This document shows positions 26,778-37,556 of a stretch of 64,000 nt of DNA, one piece after another. Position 1 is the stretch's first letter, and every line of letters begins with the position of its first letter. The stretch is taken from the NCBI GenBank assembly GCA_963699755.1, contig CAVOVB010000004.1:96001-160000 (forward strand), in the 5' to 3' direction. The position numbers were made by a program, and so were the translations under genes. The notes below the pieces were generated by a model. The model was not told the origin of the DNA, did not search any database, and saw only the letters and a list, made by a program, of their open reading frames with translations. The DNA is from an uncultured delta proteobacterium. GTDB lineage: Bacteria > Myxococcota_A > Polyangia > Polyangiales > Houyiibacteriaceae.

Positions 26778-29700
26778 ATGCGGCCCACCAAGCTACGCGG
26801 CGCGCGGACCAACAACCTCCGGTCGATCGACCTCGACATCGAGCCCGGCACCTATGTTGCGATTGTGGGGCCTTCCGGGTCCGGTAAGTCCTCACTCGCC
26901 TTCAAGACCCTCTATGCCGAGGGCCAGCGCCGATACGTCGAGAGCTTCAGTGCCTACGCGCGGCAGTTTCTCGAGCGGCTCTCGCGGCCGCCGGTCGACG
27001 AGCTCGATCCCGTCCCGGTCGGAATCGCCGTCGATCGTCAGGCGCCTGTGCGGACGAGTCGCTCGACCGTCGGCACGATGACCGAAATCGCCGACTACGC
27101 GAAGCATCTCTGGGCGCATGCGGCCGAGCTTCATTGCCCGGGTTGCGGGGCACTGGTTCACCGGGATGCGCCGACGCGTGCCGCTCAGAGCGTGATGAGC
27201 GAGGTGCCAGGCGAGAAGATCTTGGTGACCTATCCCGTCGCGGTCGCCGACGCAGAGCACTTCATTGGCGTTCGCGAAGGCTTGCTCCGTGACGGTTATC
27301 GACGCGTTCGTGTCGGGGGCGAGGTTCGCGACCTCGAGACCCTTCGGCCGAGCGAGGTGACGAACGGTCGAAGCACGCACCTCGACGTCATCGCGGACCG
27401 AACCGTGGCGCGCCCAAGAGACCAGGCCCGGCTCGTCGAAGCCCTGGAGGACGCGATGCGCAGAGGCGCCGGCCGCGCCACCGTCTGGACCGCCGAGGGG
27501 ACGAATCTCGGGTTCTCCGAAGGGCTGCACTGCCCCCGCTGCGACCGCTCCTTCCGACGCGCGACGCCGGGGCTCTTCAGCTTCAACAGCCCCATCGGCG
27601 CGTGCGAAACCTGCCGCGGCTTCGGACGCACCATCGAGATCGACCTCGACCGCGTGATTCCGGACTACGACTTGTCTCCCGATGAAGGTGCGATTCGTGC
27701 CTGGCAGGGCAAGGCAACGACCTGGGAACGCCGCGAGCTCAAGAAGAACGCGAAGAAGGCTGGCATTCCGCTCGGTAAACCGCTGCGCAATTGGACGCCT
27801 GAGCAGCTCGACTGGCTCATCGAAGGCGACGAGGTCGGCTACCCCAAGGGTTGGTGGGGGATCCGTAGCTGGTTCAAGTGGATGGAATCACGCGCCTACA
27901 AGATGCACGTTCGCGTCTTCCTGTCTCGCTATCGAAAATATGAAACGTGCAGCGACTGCCACGGCACGCGCCTCAGACCCGAAGCGCTGGCGTGGCATAT
28001 CGATGGACTGAGCCTGCCGGAGCTCTACGGGCTCCCGTCCTCGAAAGCGCTTTCATTTCTCGAAAAGCAAGAGGCCCGGTTTCGAGGTGATACTGGCGCC
28101 GGCCTGCTTTGGCGGGAGGCGATTGGCCGACTTCGTGCGTTGCATGACGTCGGCCTCGGCTACCTTTCGCTCGATCGGACGTCTCGAACGCTCTCGGGGG
28201 GCGAAACCCAGCGGGTGGCCTTGACCAGTGCGCTCGGGGCGACGCTCAACGGGGCAATGTTCGTTCTCGACGAGCCGACGGTGGGCTTGCACCCGCGCGA
28301 CGTGGAGCGGCTGCTGGGCGTGGTCCGGGCGCTGTCCAAGGATGACAACGTCGCGTTGGTCGTGGAGCACGATCGGGAGATGATCCTCGGCGCGGACCGG
28401 GTGATCGAGCTCGGCCCCGAAGCCGGCGAGAGGGGTGGGCAAATCGTCTTCGACGGTACCCCGGCGGCGCTCCGCAAGGTCAAGACCGCAACGGGCGCAG
28501 CTCTCGCGGCGAACGGAGAGGTGAAGCGCAGCCGACGAGAAGCCAAGGGCTGGATCGAGCTGAAGCATGCAACCGGGCACAACCTCCGCGCGGTGGACGC
28601 TTCCTTCCCACGGGGGGTGATGACCTGCGTGACCGGCGTGAGCGGCTCGGGCAAGAGCAGCTTGGTCCTCGAGACTCTACTGCCTGCCGTTCAACGCAAG
28701 CTTGGCTTGAAGTCCGATGGGGCGCCGCTCGAGCACGCGAGCATTACGGGCTATGCCGCACTCCACGGCGTCGTCGGCGTCGATCAGGCTCCACTGGGCC
28801 GAACTTCACGCGGAAATGCAGCGACATATTTGAAGATTTGGGACGTCTTTCGAAATCGCTTTGCCGAGCAGCCGCTCTCGAGGGAGCGAGGATACAAGCC
28901 CGGATTCTTCTCTTTCAACGTGACCGGTGGACGCTGTGAAGCCTGCCGAGGTGATGGAGCGGAGACGGTCGAGATGCAGTTCTTGGCCGATGTGGTGTTC
29001 AGTTGCCCCGAGTGCCAGGGGCGCCGCTTCGTCGGGCCAGTCCTCGATGTCCGGTACATGGGTCTCGACATCGCCCAGCTCCTCGAGCTCACCGCGCGAC
29101 AGGCCTCCGAGCACTTCATCGATGACGCCCTGGTCGCCCGGGCGCTTCGGCCCATGCTCGACGTCGGCCTCGGATACCTCCGCCTCGGCCAGCCACTCAA
29201 CACCCTATCGGGTGGTGAAGCTCAGCGCCTCAAACTCGCCGCGGCGTTGCTTCGGGCCGCGCCCGGCTCTCTGTTGATCTTCGACGAACCGACCGCCGGG
29301 CTTCATGCCAACGACGTCGAGCCTTTGATCGAGGTCCTCGACGACCTGGTCGACCGAGGCGATACCGTGGTGGTCGTCGAGCACGACATGCAGGTCGCAG
29401 CCCATGCAGACCACGTCATCGATCTCGGACCGGGCGCCGGTATGGAAGGCGGCAAGGTCGTCGCGAGCGGCACCCCTGAAAAGGTGGCGCGGAAGAAGGC
29501 GTCACAGACCGCTCCGTACCTCGCTCGGGCGCTCGGGATCGCGTCCAAGAGCGAACGCAGTGGCACGCCGAAGAGGGCCAAGCCGCAGAGCGCGCCGCTT
29601 CGAGAGATCCGAATCGCGGGAGCGCGCGAGCACAACCTGAAGAACATCACGGTTCACATCCCCCGAGACGAGCTGGTGGTGCTGACCGGGCCGAGTGGTA

Positions 29701-32093
29701 GCGGCAAGAGCACCTTGGCGTTCGACGTGCTTTTCGCGGAGGGGCAGCGGCGATATCTGGAAACGCTTTCTCCTTACGCGCGTCAATACATGCCTCAACT
29801 TCCGCGGCCTTCAGTAGACCAGGTGGTGGGTGTGCCGCCCAGCGTCTCACTCGAACAGCGCATGACGCGGGCAGGGGCCAACTCGACGGTCGCCACGGTG
29901 ACGGAAGTCTCGCACTACCTCCGTTTGATTTGGGCGCGCATCGGGATTCTGCATTGCGTCGACTGCAAAATGCCGATCGCGCCCCGGCCGCCAACACAGC
30001 TGATCGAGGACGTGGATCGTCGTTTCGGCACCCGGGAGGTGACGCTGCTCGCGCCCGTCGTGCGCGGTCGAAAGGGCATCCATCGCGAGCTCCTCAACAA
30101 AGCGATGAAGGACGGCTTCGCCGAGGCACGGATCGACGGAGAGATTGAGAGCCTCGCGCCCGGCATGAAGCTCGACCGCTACAGCGAACATGACGTCGAG
30201 CTGGTCATCGGACGCGCGCCCGCCACGAGCACCAGCTTGCTCGAGCTTCTCGAAAAGGCGTTGAAAGTCGGCGACGGCGCGGCCTGGGCCATCGCTGGAA
30301 AGGACGAGATGCGGCTTTCGAGCAAGCGCGCTTGTCCGAGCTGTGGTGTCGGCTATCCGGAGCTCGATCCTCGCTTCTTCTCGTTCAACACGCGGCAGGG
30401 CCAGTGCCCGGCATGCGAAGGCCGGGGCGAGATCGTGAAGAAGAGCCGGCGTGGCCGGGGACTCAAGAAGGCGGTCGAAACACGACTCTGTGACCAGTGC
30501 GACCAGACTCGCCTTTCACCGCTCGCGCGCGGAGTCACCGTCGATGACATGCCGATCACCACGCTTTTCGAGCAGAGCGTCGCCGAGGCGGTCGAAACCC
30601 TGCGTGAGCTCGATCTCGGCGGCAGGGACGCGACCATCGCGAAGACGCCTTTGCACGAAGCGCTTCGCCGGCTTTCGTTTCTCGAAGAGGTCGGCCTCGG
30701 CTACCTCGGGCTCGGCCGCGCGGCCAGCACGCTGAGCGGGGGCGAGATGCAACGGGTACGCTTGGCGGCTCAGCTCGGGAGCGGCCTCACCGGTGTGCTC
30801 TACGTCCTCGATGAGCCGACCATCGGTCTGCATCCGCGCGACACGGGGCGTCTTCTCGGCGCGCTTCGCGGCTTGGTCGAGCGCGGGAACTCGGTCCTCG
30901 TCGTCGAGCACGATGCCGACACGATTCGTGCCGCCGACACCGTCATCGACGTGGGACCCGGAGGCGGCAAGCACGGCGGCCGGATCATCGCGCAGGGAGC
31001 CCTCAGCAAGATGAAGGGCTCGATCACGGCGGCCGCCCTCGAGCGGCCCCCCAACATTCCCGCCAAGCGTCGTCAGATGCGAAACGCTTCCTGGCTCGAG
31101 CTGACCGGCGTGGAACACCACAACCTGATGAACGTGGACGTTCGATTCCCTCTCGAGCGCTTTGTGGCCGTCACAGGCGTCAGCGGCTCCGGCAAGAGCT
31201 CCTTGGTCCGGGAGGTCTTGCTCCGCGCGACCCGCGAAGCCGTTGGGATGGTCAACGACCTGCCCCCTGGAAAATTCGCTACGATCGAAGGCTTCGAGTT
31301 GCTCAAGCGCGCCATCGAGATCGATCAGAGCCCGATCGGACGGACGCCACGTTCGGTGCCCGCAACGTACGTCGGCATCTGGGACACGGTACGCCAGCTC
31401 CTAGCAGGGACCGCAGAGGCGCGTGCTCGCGGATACACTCCAAGCCGCTTTTCGTTCAACGTCGAAGAAGGCCGTTGTCCGGAATGCAAAGGGCAGGGTT
31501 CGATTCATGTCGAGATGGCGTTTCTGCCCGACGTCGACGTGCCTTGCGAGACCTGCAGCGGGATGCGCTTCACACCCGAGACGCTCTCGGTACGCTGGCA
31601 GGGGCTCAACGCCGGGCAGCTGCTGGAGCTCGAGGTTGCCGAAGCGGTCGAGGTGTTCTCGCCCGTCAGGAAGATCCGCGAGCCACTCCAGCTCCTCGAC
31701 GAGCTCGGCCTCGGTTATCTACACCTCGGCCAGGCCTCGAACACGCTCAGCGGTGGTGAAGCGCAACGAATCAAGCTCGTCTCCGAGTTGGCGGCGGGGC
31801 TCCATAACGGACCCACGCTCTACGTGATGGACGAACCGACAACCGGTCTTCACCGCGACGATGTCGAGCGCCTTCTCACCGTGCTCGATCGTCTGGTCGA
31901 GCGAGGAGACACCGTCGCTGTGATCGAGCATCACCCCGATGTCATGCTAGCGGCCGACTGGGTCGTCGATCTCGGACCGGAAGGCGGGATTCACGGCGGC
32001 CGCGTCGTCGCGCAGGGAACCCCCGAGACGATTGCCAAGCGGAAGCGGAGTCACACGGGGGAGGTGTTGCGAAGGGAGATGGGACGGGGGTAG
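26778..32093 (+). CDS. uvrA: Excinuclease ABC subunit A, double-length (four ABC ATPase domains)
   Basis: Four Walker A motifs ([36 protein letters not shown]), four LSGGE signatures, two AEGQRRY motifs, multiple CxxC zinc fingers. Confidence 0.95.
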   Translation: MRPTKLRGARTNNLRSIDLDIEPGTYVAIVGPSGSGKSSLAFKTLYAEGQRRYVESFSAYARQFLERLSRPPVDELDPVPVGIAVDRQAPVRTSRSTVGTMTEIADYAKHLWAHAAELHCPGCGALVHRDAPTRAAQSVMSEVPGEKILVTYPVAVADAEHFIGVREGLLRDGYRRVRVGGEVRDLETLRPSEVTNGRSTHLDVIADRTVARPRDQARLVEALEDAMRRGAGRATVWTAEGTNLGFSEGLHCPRCDRSFRRATPGLFSFNSPIGACETCRGFGRTIEIDLDRVIPDYDLSPDEGAIRAWQGKATTWERRELKKNAKKAGIPLGKPLRNWTPEQLDWLIEGDEVGYPKGWWGIRSWFKWMESRAYKMHVRVFLSRYRKYETCSDCHGTRLRPEALAWHIDGLSLPELYGLPSSKALSFLEKQEARFRGDTGAGLLWREAIGRLRALHDVGLGYLSLDRTSRTLSGGETQRVALTSALGATLNGAMFVLDEPTVGLHPRDVERLLGVVRALSKDDNVALVVEHDREMILGADRVIELGPEAGERGGQIVFDGTPAALRKVKTATGAALAANGEVKRSRREAKGWIELKHATGHNLRAVDASFPRGVMTCVTGVSGSGKSSLVLETLLPAVQRKLGLKSDGAPLEHASITGYAALHGVVGVDQAPLGRTSRGNAATYLKIWDVFRNRFAEQPLSRERGYKPGFFSFNVTGGRCEACRGDGAETVEMQFLADVVFSCPECQGRRFVGPVLDVRYMGLDIAQLLELTARQASEHFIDDALVARALRPMLDVGLGYLRLGQPLNTLSGGEAQRLKLAAALLRAAPGSLLIFDEPTAGLHANDVEPLIEVLDDLVDRGDTVVVVEHDMQVAAHADHVIDLGPGAGMEGGKVVASGTPEKVARKKASQTAPYLARALGIASKSERSGTPKRAKPQSAPLREIRIAGAREHNLKNITVHIPRDELVVLTGPSGSGKSTLAFDVLFAEGQRRYLETLSPYARQYMPQLPRPSVDQVVGVPPSVSLEQRMTRAGANSTVATVTEVSHYLRLIWARIGILHCVDCKMPIAPRPPTQLIEDVDRRFGTREVTLLAPVVRGRKGIHRELLNKAMKDGFAEARIDGEIESLAPGMKLDRYSEHDVELVIGRAPATSTSLLELLEKALKVGDGAAWAIAGKDEMRLSSKRACPSCGVGYPELDPRFFSFNTRQGQCPACEGRGEIVKKSRRGRGLKKAVETRLCDQCDQTRLSPLARGVTVDDMPITTLFEQSVAEAVETLRELDLGGRDATIAKTPLHEALRRLSFLEEVGLGYLGLGRAASTLSGGEMQRVRLAAQLGSGLTGVLYVLDEPTIGLHPRDTGRLLGALRGLVERGNSVLVVEHDADTIRAADTVIDVGPGGGKHGGRIIAQGALSKMKGSITAAALERPPNIPAKRRQMRNASWLELTGVEHHNLMNVDVRFPLERFVAVTGVSGSGKSSLVREVLLRATREAVGMVNDLPPGKFATIEGFELLKRAIEIDQSPIGRTPRSVPATYVGIWDTVRQLLAGTAEARARGYTPSRFSFNVEEGRCPECKGQGSIHVEMAFLPDVDVPCETCSGMRFTPETLSVRWQGLNAGQLLELEVAEAVEVFSPVRKIREPLQLLDELGLGYLHLGQASNTLSGGEAQRIKLVSELAAGLHNGPTLYVMDEPTTGLHRDDVERLLTVLDRLVERGDTVAVIEHHPDVMLAADWVVDLGPEGGIHGGRVVAQGTPETIAKRKRSHTGEVLRREMGRG

Positions 32094-32098
32094 GGGCA

Positions 32099-32416
32099 GT
32101 GGACCGGGACGAAAAAAAATGGCGCGACACGGGGCTGAGGCAGATTCCTTCGGTGGTTCGGAAGCGGGACCGATCACTCTTCGACCAAATCCACCGGGCG
32201 ATGAACAGCGTCGTTCTCAACATCGCCGAAGCCGACGGAAACGACGCGGGAACCGCGAAAGCGCGATTCGCAACGGCCTGTGGATCGGCGAAGGAAGTGC
32301 GTGCCGGGCTTCAGCGCGCGGTCGCGTACGGATACGTTCCGCCCGCAAGAGCCAAAGTGGTGGACACCACGCTCGATGAAGTCTGCGCAATGTCCTGGAG
32401 ACTCTCGGGCCGCTAG
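32099..32416 (+). CDS. Four-helix-bundle protein (23S rRNA IVS-protein-like family), N-terminus atypical or possibly truncated
   Basis: LFDQIHRAMNSVVLNIAEA...RFATACGSAKEV...AVAYGY matches the DQxxRAxxSxxxNIAEG...GSxxE pattern. Confidence 0.78.
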   Translation: MDRDEKKWRDTGLRQIPSVVRKRDRSLFDQIHRAMNSVVLNIAEADGNDAGTAKARFATACGSAKEVRAGLQRAVAYGYVPPARAKVVDTTLDEVCAMSWRLSGR

Positions 32417-32454
32417 GGCATCCCCCCTCAAGACACCCGCGGCAGCCCCAGCCG

Positions 32455-32931
32455 TCAGTGGGTACCCAGCTCTTTCAGATCCGGCCCCGCCCAGAGCTTC
32501 GTAGACAGCTTCGCCTGCAGGTCGGCCGCGGTCAGGCCGTGGCGGACCTCGCGGACACGAAGGCCTTGCGCGCTGAAGTCGAAGACGGCGAAGGGGCAAA
32601 TGAGACGCGTGATTTGGATGCCGACATCGCCTCGCACGCAAACGAGCGAGCCGAGCTGGTCGAAGCTGCTCTGGCTCAGTCCGACGACTGGGCAGTTCAA
32701 CTCGGACGGATCTGCGTCCGTGACGGCAAAGCCCTCCGGCGAAACCGCGCTCACTTCGACGAACGCAATCTCCGCAGGCTTCAGCAGGGCGCCTTCGCTA
32801 TGTAAGTCGATTGCGATCCTCAACGCTTGGGGTAGTCCGTCGCCAAACCAGACACCCCGTTTGGATTCGCACTCCTCGGCGGCGCGCGAGAGCAGGCGCT
32901 CCAGGTTAGCTGCGTGCTCGGGCGATGGCAT
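32455..32931 (-). CDS. CoA-transferase beta-subunit-like protein, shortened
   Basis: RAAEE..VWFGDGLP (cf. vNLGIGLP), LHSEGALL (cf. LQSENG), C-terminal AVFDFSAQGLRVREVRHGLTAADLQ typical of ScoB/AtoA; ATG 32931 overlaps the carA end. Confidence 0.6.
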   Translation of the reverse strand: MPSPEHAANLERLLSRAAEECESKRGVWFGDGLPQALRIAIDLHSEGALLKPAEIAFVEVSAVSPEGFAVTDADPSELNCPVVGLSQSSFDQLGSLVCVRGDVGIQITRLICPFAVFDFSAQGLRVREVRHGLTAADLQAKLSTKLWAGPDLKELGTH

Positions 32932-34018
32932 CGGTGAACCGACGGAACAGGTACCGCGAGTCGTGCGGTCCCGCGGCGGCCTCGGGGTGAAACTGGACGC
33001 TGAACGCGCCGGTTTCGACGTGCTCAATCCCTTCGCAGGTGTTGTCGTTGAGGTGCAGATGGGTGACCTCGCTCTTGCCTCTGAGCGAGTCGACGTCGAC
33101 GCAGAAACCGTGGTTCTGGGTGGTGACCTCGATGCGGCCCGTTTGCAGGTCCTTGACTGGCTGATTGAGACCTCGATGGCCGAACTTGAGCTTGTAGGTC
33201 TGCCCTCCGAGCGCGAGGCTCATCAACTGATGTCCGAGACAAATGCCGAAGATTGGACGCTGCCCGAGAAGCTCGCGCACGGTTGCGATGCCGCCGGAGA
33301 CAGCGGCCGGGTCGCCCGGACCATTCGAGAGGAAGATGCCGTCCGGATCGAGCGCCAGCACCTCTGCAGCACTTGTAGTCGCCGGAACGACCGAAACTTT
33401 GCAGCCCTCGTCGACGAGGCAGCGCAGAATGTTCCGCTTGACTCCGAAGTCGATCGCAACGACGCGCCAGGGGCGGGCGCCTTTGCGTGGCTCGGCCCAT
33501 ACGCCGCTGCCCTCAGCCCACTCGTAGACTTCTTGCGTCGTCACCTCGCCGGTGAGGTTCTGGCCGGTCATTGGAGGTGCGGCTTTCGCGCGGTCGTGCA
33601 GCGTCGCAGGGTCTTCGGTCCCGACCGCCGCCATCTGCGCACCCTGGTCCCGGATGTGCCTGGTGAGCGCCCTGGTGTCGACGCCGGTGATTCCTACGAC
33701 GCCTTGCGTCTTCAAGTAACCGTCGAGCGACTCCCTGGTGCGCCAGCTACTCTCGACGGCAGACAACTCCCGTACGACGAAACCGCGAAGGGCAGGGCGC
33801 CTGGCCTCGCCGTCCTCGACCGTGATGCCGGTATTGCCTATTTGCGGCGCCGTCATGGTCACGATCTGTCCGCAATACGAAGGATCGGTCAGCACTTCTT
33901 CGTAGCCAGTCATACCGGTGGTGAATACCGCTTCGCCCGTGGCCGCGCCCTGCGCGCCAAAGCTGGTCCCCGAAAAGCGAGTTCCATCCGCGAGTACCAG
34001 GTGTGCTTGTTTGGTCAT
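32906..34018 (-). CDS. carA: Carbamoyl-phosphate synthase small subunit
   Basis: GEAVFTTGMTGY.EVLTDPSY, DTRALT, SNGPGDP, GICLGHQ, FGHRGLNQPV, QNHGF, QFHPEA. Confidence 0.97.
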   Translation of the reverse strand: MTKQAHLVLADGTRFSGTSFGAQGAATGEAVFTTGMTGYEEVLTDPSYCGQIVTMTAPQIGNTGITVEDGEARRPALRGFVVRELSAVESSWRTRESLDGYLKTQGVVGITGVDTRALTRHIRDQGAQMAAVGTEDPATLHDRAKAAPPMTGQNLTGEVTTQEVYEWAEGSGVWAEPRKGARPWRVVAIDFGVKRNILRCLVDEGCKVSVVPATTSAAEVLALDPDGIFLSNGPGDPAAVSGGIATVRELLGQRPIFGICLGHQLMSLALGGQTYKLKFGHRGLNQPVKDLQTGRIEVTTQNHGFCVDVDSLRGKSEVTHLHLNDNTCEGIEHVETGAFSVQFHPEAAAGPHDSRYLFRRFTDAIARARS

Positions 34019-35319
34019 CTTCCGAGCTCGTGCACTACCTTGCCACCCACGATGGTCATGACGGGCCTCCCCGTGAGCTCACGACCGAGCAGTGGGGTGT
34101 TGTGCGATTTGGAGCGTAGCGCTTCTTTGTCGAGAATCCATCGGGCCTCCGGGTCGACGACGGTGACGTCGGCGCGTCGCCCGACCTTGAGGGAGCCTCC
34201 TTCGAAATCCGGGAGAAGGCGAGCCGGAGCCGTCGACAGTGCCTCGACGAGGCGAAGTGGTTTGAGCACGCCCTCTCGAACGAGCTGGAACATCGAGCCT
34301 ATCGCCGTTTCGAGCCCGTTGATCCCCACCGAGGCGGCTTCGAACTCGCAATCCTTTTCGAGGTCGGTGTGCGGCGCATGGTCGGTCGCGATGCAATCGA
34401 TCGTCCCGTCGGCGAGCGCCTCTCGAAGCGCCTCACGGTCTTCGGCTTCGCGAAGCGGAGGATTGACCTTGCAATAGGTGTCGTAGCTGAGGAGGGCCTC
34501 GTCGGTGAAGAGCAGATGGTGTGGCGTCACCTCGGCCGACACAGCCAAGCCGCGCGACTTCGCCTCCCGAATCAGCCGAACGGCGCCGAGGCTCGAGATG
34601 TGGGCGACGTGATACCGGGCGCCGGTGGTCTCGGCCAGAATCAAGTCACGGGCGACGATGATGTCCTCGGCTGCCCGCGGCCAGCCCCGCAGCCCAAGCT
34701 GGGTCGACTGCGCACCCTCGTGCATCTGCGCGCCCTCTGTCAGATCATGGTCCTCACAATGCTGACTCACGAGCAGATCGAACGTCCGCGCGTACTCCAT
34801 CGCGTGTCGCATGACTGCGGCGTTCATCACACAGACGCCATCGTCGCTCACGCCGATCGCACCGGCATCGCGAAGGTCGGCCATCTCGGTGAGCTCGACG
34901 CCTTTTTGCCCCCTGGTCACCGCACCAAAAGGCAACATGCGCGTACCGCCGTGCTCCTCCGCCCGAGCCAGCATCATTTCGGTGATCGCCCGCGTGTCGT
35001 TCGCCGGCTTGGTATTTGGCATCGGGCATACCGCCGTGAAGCCGCCTGCTGCGGCTGCGTCGAGGCCGGACCCGATGTCTTCTTTGTACTCCTGCCCGGG
35101 CTCACGCAGATGGACGTGAAGGTCGATGAAGCCGGGACAAACCCAGAGCCCAGCCGCATCCACGATGCGAACCGCGTCACTTGCCGGATAGGCGGCGCCC
35201 GCATCGCGACCGAGCGCCTTGATGCGTCCGGCCTCGATCACCACATCGGTGGCTTGGTCGAGCCCCTGTGATGGATCGAGAACGCGGCCGCCGCGCAAGA
35301 CGATCAGCTCGGTCAACAT
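34015..35319 (-). CDS. pyrC: Dihydroorotase (class I, multifunctional-complex type)
   Basis: IDLHVHLREPG, AAAGGFT, MPNTKP, SDDG, EVTPHHL, KVNPPLR, IATDHAPH, SKSHNTP. Confidence 0.96.
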   Translation of the reverse strand: MLTELIVLRGGRVLDPSQGLDQATDVVIEAGRIKALGRDAGAAYPASDAVRIVDAAGLWVCPGFIDLHVHLREPGQEYKEDIGSGLDAAAAGGFTAVCPMPNTKPANDTRAITEMMLARAEEHGGTRMLPFGAVTRGQKGVELTEMADLRDAGAIGVSDDGVCVMNAAVMRHAMEYARTFDLLVSQHCEDHDLTEGAQMHEGAQSTQLGLRGWPRAAEDIIVARDLILAETTGARYHVAHISSLGAVRLIREAKSRGLAVSAEVTPHHLLFTDEALLSYDTYCKVNPPLREAEDREALREALADGTIDCIATDHAPHTDLEKDCEFEAASVGINGLETAIGSMFQLVREGVLKPLRLVEALSTAPARLLPDFEGGSLKVGRRADVTVVDPEARWILDKEALRSKSHNTPLLGRELTGRPVMTIVGGKVVHELGR

Positions 35320-35362
35320 AGCGGTCCGCGCTTACGTGACGGACCCAAACCAGTCAACCCGC

Positions 35363-35605
35363 TCAGCCAGCTTTGCGGTGAAGATCGTCGTCGTCCGCCG
35401 CAACCACGGTGCCGACCGAGGACGACATCTTGGACTCCGATTTCTTTTCTTCGACGCGCTTCTTCATCGTCATGACCTTGCGGTAGACCGACGCGAAGTC
35501 TTTGTTGCGGGTGGCCATGGAGGGCGTGCCGCCGCGCAGGAGGGTTTGGAGTATGAATTCGAGAACCTGAATCTCGCCTTCGGAGAAACTATTGCTGATG
35601 CGCAT
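35363..35605 (-). CDS. Small hypothetical protein (80 aa)
   Basis: MRISNSFSEGEIQVLEFILQTLLRGG...RKAG*; GC3-rich codons; fills the gap between pilB and pyrC. Confidence 0.72.
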   Translation of the reverse strand: MRISNSFSEGEIQVLEFILQTLLRGGTPSMATRNKDFASVYRKVMTMKKRVEEKKSESKMSSSVGTVVAADDDDLHRKAG

Positions 35606-35820
35606 GCGATCGGATCTACCACCGCTCCGGCTACATGACAATCGGTGACGTGCAGTGTAGGGTCACAACATGTCATATGGGTTCGAGGTTTGCGCTGCAA
35701 CAGGCCTGGAAGCAGCGTTTCCTGGCCTTCACTGCCCGGCCTTGGACGATCGCCCCTGGGCCCTTCCATTCCGCAAAAGGGTTGACAAACGGGTCTGGGA
35801 CGCGGCCTGTCGTACAGGAG

Positions 35821-37524
35821 CTAGCGGTCGGCTGCCGTCACGCGGACGATCTCGTCGATCGTCGTGACCCCTTCGAGCACCTTGTTCAGTCCAGCCCGAC
35901 GCAGAGTCGCAACGCCGTCGCGAATCATCTCGTCCTTCACTTCCGCGGTCGACCCGCCCTGAAGGACGATTTCACGGAGCCGGTCCTTGAACGGCATGAC
36001 CTCATAGAGCGCGATTCGACCCTTGTAGCCGGTGTCGTTGCAGACCTTGCAGCCAGTGCCGCGGAATGCGACCGCACTGGCGATTTCATTCTCGTCGAAG
36101 CCCACGTCGATCAGCACCTGCTCGTCGGTCGGCACCTGAACCTTGCACTCCGTGCAGATCTTCCGAGCGAGACGTTGAGCCAGGACGAGGTTGACCGAGG
36201 CGGTGACCAGGAACGGCTCGACGCCCATGTTGAGAAGGCGAGTCACCGTGCTCGGCGCATCGTTGGTATGAAGCGTCGACAAGACCAAGTGGCCCGTCAA
36301 CGCGGCCTTGACCGCGATCTCGGCGGTTTCGAAGTCTCGAATCTCTCCGACCATGATGATGTCGGGATCCTGACGGAGGAACGACCGCAGGGCCGCGGCG
36401 AAGTTGAGCCCGATATCCTCGTGCATCTGCACCTGGTTGATCCCCATCAAGTTGAACTCGATCGGGTCCTCGGCCGTACTGATGTTAGTCCCGACTTCAT
36501 TCAGGTCCGACATCGCAGAGTAGAGTGTGGTCGTCTTGCCGGAACCTGTGGGCCCAGTGACCAGCACCATCCCGAAAGGCTGGTGAATCGCGTCGCGAAA
36601 ATCCGAGAGTGGCTTCTGCTCGAAACCGAGCTTCGTCATGTCGAGCTGCAAGTTCGACTTGTCGAGGAGACGCAGGACGATCTTCTCGCCCCAGAGCGTA
36701 GGGACGGACGATACACGATAGTCCATCTCGCGGCCCTTACCGAGCTTGAGCTTGATGCGGCCATCCTGTGGCAAACGGCGCTCGGCAATATCGAGTGAGC
36801 TCATGATCTTGAGACGCGAGGCGATCGCATTCTTGAGCTTGATCGGCGGTGTCATCTCCTCGTGGAGCACACCGTCGACGCGGTACCGGACACGAAGGAC
36901 ACGCTCGTATGGCTCGACGTGGATATCGGAAGCGCCCTGTTTGATCGCGTTCAACAAAATCGCATTGCAGAGCCGAACGACCGGCGCGTCCTCGCTCGCG
37001 CGTTCGAGGTCGAGGAGGTTGTCGTCGTCCTCGGTCGTGGCGACTTCGATCTCCGATTCATCGAAGCCCTCCATGATGTCGTCGTATGAGATCTCCGGCT
37101 GTGCGTACGCTTTCTCGAGCGCCGCCAAGATGGCGCTTTCGGACGAAACGACCGGCTCCACGTTGTAGCCAGTGAGGAACTTCACGTCGTCGATCGCGTT
37201 TAGGTTTGACGGGTCGGCCATCGCGACGATCAGCGAGCTCCCGGCTCGTGACACCGGGATAATCTTGTGACGCTCGCAAACCTGCGGACTGATCAACTTC
37301 AGGATCTCGCGATCAATTTCATATTCGGACAGGTCGATTGCTTGGACGCGATATTGTTCACTCAGGAAGTCGGTGATCTCTTGGTCGGAAATCGCGCCGA
37401 GCCGAGCCAGGGCATACCCCAGACTGATATTGTCATCCTTCTGCTGCTTCTGCGCTTCACGCAGTTGCTCGAGGCTGATTCTCTTCTCGCGTACGAGGAG
37501 CTCGCCCAGTCTGTTTCTGCTCAT
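35821..37524 (-). CDS. pilB: Type IVa pilus extension ATPase PilB with N-terminal MshEN-like domain
   Basis: RLGELL N-terminus, ASDIHVEP, LDIAERRLPQDGR, GPTGSGKTTT, TAEDPIE, LRQDPDIIMVGEIRD, STLHTND, CxxC/CxxC, GYKGR. Confidence 0.96.
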   Translation of the reverse strand: MSRNRLGELLVREKRISLEQLREAQKQQKDDNISLGYALARLGAISDQEITDFLSEQYRVQAIDLSEYEIDREILKLISPQVCERHKIIPVSRAGSSLIVAMADPSNLNAIDDVKFLTGYNVEPVVSSESAILAALEKAYAQPEISYDDIMEGFDESEIEVATTEDDDNLLDLERASEDAPVVRLCNAILLNAIKQGASDIHVEPYERVLRVRYRVDGVLHEEMTPPIKLKNAIASRLKIMSSLDIAERRLPQDGRIKLKLGKGREMDYRVSSVPTLWGEKIVLRLLDKSNLQLDMTKLGFEQKPLSDFRDAIHQPFGMVLVTGPTGSGKTTTLYSAMSDLNEVGTNISTAEDPIEFNLMGINQVQMHEDIGLNFAAALRSFLRQDPDIIMVGEIRDFETAEIAVKAALTGHLVLSTLHTNDAPSTVTRLLNMGVEPFLVTASVNLVLAQRLARKICTECKVQVPTDEQVLIDVGFDENEIASAVAFRGTGCKVCNDTGYKGRIALYEVMPFKDRLREIVLQGGSTAEVKDEMIRDGVATLRRAGLNKVLEGVTTIDEIVRVTAADR

Positions 37525-37556
37525 ACCTGCAATTTCCCCAACTCAGATCCAGTCTT

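Noticed and set aside
32099..32416. Diversity-generating retroelement or rRNA intervening sequence suggested by the four-helix-bundle gene
   Set aside because: No reverse transcriptase, TR/VR repeat pair or rRNA gene in the window
32600..34477. 625-aa plus-strand ORF
   Set aside because: Antisense shadow of carA/pyrC with no recognisable motifs; long shadow ORFs are expected at high GC
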